NCBI GenBank assembly: GCA_022710775.1
Contig: JAKLGH010000001.1
Span: 69,824-133,823 of the forward strand
Direction of reading: 5' to 3'
DNA: 64,000 bases
DNA from: Patescibacteria group bacterium
GTDB lineage: Bacteria > Patescibacteriota > Minisyncoccia > Minisyncoccales > UBA5738
The notes below the pieces were generated by a model. It ran no database searches and had not been told where the DNA came from. It saw only the letters and a list, made by a program, of their open reading frames with translations. The position numbers were made by a program, and so were the translations under genes. Below are positions 62,716 to 64,000 of the stretch, one piece after another; the stretch's first letter is position 1, and each line of letters begins with the position of its first letter.

Positions 62716-64000
62716 TAAACAGTTTTCTGCCTTATTTTAAGATTGTTCGCCATATAATCTACCCAATTTTTTTCTCCCGCAAGCCAAGCATCCCACTCTT
62801 CATTTCGCACAAACAAATCCGCGTTTCTTTTAATATGTTCGCTCATAATAATTCCCTTGCGGGCAATATTATACGCGCCGTTAGCATCGCCATTTTGCGG
62901 GAGTTTTGCACCATTTTTGATCTTACGAGAGTCAAAAAAGTCACCACTCGCACCCCTAACGGGAGAAAGAATAAAGTCGTTGTCTTTTTCATCTTCTCCG
63001 GTGTTGCGGATCTGTTGAATAACATCAATAACAAATCTTAAGCTTTCCCAAGCTGTTCGTTCTTTGTCGAATTTATTCAATTCTTTACCATCTTTAATCT
63101 GCTCTTTGAAAGATTTATTTTTATCAAATCCCTTAAAAATATTTTCTAAATTTTTAACGATATCAATTCTATCCGGGCTCCAATGCTTCTTACCCTCTTT
63201 TTCTGAAAATTTATCGCGATATCTATCCAATTCCGCACCATTTTTTCCGGAATATAAAATCCATTCTTTACCAATATTCGCGTCTTTATATTTGAAATAA
63301 TAATCCTTACCATCAAAACCAAAATCACTGAATAAATCAAAAATTTGCTCTTTAATTTCTGACCCCTTTTTAATAGATATTGTTTTGTGCCAGCCCGTAA
63401 TTGGATCAGTGGCTGAGGTAAAGCTTGGATTAGTATAAAACATAATCCCAAATTGCTTGCCTTTAATATCGTTAAAATCATGAACTGGCGGAGTAAACTG
63501 CAAGGCATTATCAACCGAAGCCATTTCCCCATCTTTAGCGCTTTTATCAACAAGAAAATTCAATTTTTTAGCCAAGGCAAGTTCAAGTTTTTGGTAAACC
63601 TGTTTTTCAATTTTCTGCCGCCCGCGCTTGAAGCCGATATTTAAATCCTCAAGAATAATAAGCGCGGGAGTTTCGCGAAAACCTTTTTTCCTGTCGCCCT
63701 CGTTGTAAACCGCCAAATCGACAATTTTTCTTACAACTTGCGAAATATATCCATCTTTTAAATCTTTTATATTGCCGATTGTCGTCCAATTTTTGCGCGC
63801 CAAGTCGCGATCGCCTTGTTTTATGTCCAACTTTTCCCAATAATTTTGCTTATTTATTATATTAAAACTACCCTGCTCTAAAATTTCTCCCCTTTGATTT
63901 ACAAGAGAATAGTAAGCAAGGTTTTTTTCGCCTCTGTCAATTCCGAGAAATAGCTGGTTTTTGGTTTCTACAATAACTTGATTCACTAAATCATTAATTC
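62715..64000 (-). CDS. cas12a: Cas12a (Cpf1)-like type V-A effector, C-terminal ~428 codons (5' part lies beyond the right edge of the window)
   Basis: The frame stays open to position 64000; the track M at 63986 is an internal GTG. RuvC-I is [17 protein letters not shown]. RuvC-II is [28 protein letters not shown]. The Nuc-region reads [17 protein letters not shown]. RuvC-III is [17 protein letters not shown]. It is collinear with FnCas12a (SIDRGERHLAYYTL / [26 protein letters not shown] / LISPVADVNGNFFDSR / QDADANGAYHIGLKG). No HNH domain lies between RuvC-II and RuvC-III. Confidence 0.93.
   Translation of the reverse strand, partial: [427 protein letters not shown]

Overview
No tools were run. 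All calls rest on motifs read from the ORF track and the sequence. The window looks like a chromosomal segment of a small, fermentative, CPR/Patescibacteria-like bacterium; that placement is inferred from gene content only. About 50 genes are dense and mostly minus-strand. Housekeeping genes: gyrB (partial), tRNA-Thr, tsf, rpsB, rpmE, prfA, rplY, ftsZ, mnmA. A gluconeogenic/glycolytic set: archaeal-type FBP aldolase/phosphatase, ppsA, acs, gap, gpmA, eno. A [FeFe]-hydrogenase pair. Many thiol-redox and Fe-S genes: grx-like, DsbA-like, Trx-CcdA fusion, trxB, ferredoxin, iscR-nifS-nifU. A glycogen island: GDE-like, GT3 glycogen synthase, GH57, GlgA-like GT, and an RPH-like dikinase. A TetR-MFP-RND efflux operon. 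No rRNA, transposase or integrase is seen.

Stand-out features:
1. At the right edge, a class 2 type V-A CRISPR-Cas locus on the minus strand. It reads cas12a (Cpf1-like, RuvC-only, 5' end beyond the window)-cas4-cas1-cas2-leader-array. The array has 14 identical 36-nt repeats, and their transcribed 3' end is the Cas12a crRNA handle AAUUUCUACUUUUGUAGAU. This family is already described, so it is the most striking accessory system here but not novel in itself.
2. A GC-rich, hairpin-rich intergenic element of about 190 nt, which I do not recognise. It occurs four times: three long copies and one deletion variant with compensatory stem changes. Each copy lies directly 5' of a homeostasis gene (gyrB x2, an Hsp100-like ATPase, trxB).
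3. A 1224-aa membrane-anchored Clp/Hsp100-like protein with a degenerate D1 and a tandemly duplicated D2 AAA+ module.
4. Consensus sigma70-like promoters placed for leaderless or near-leaderless mRNAs, and no Shine-Dalgarno motifs at the starts inspected.
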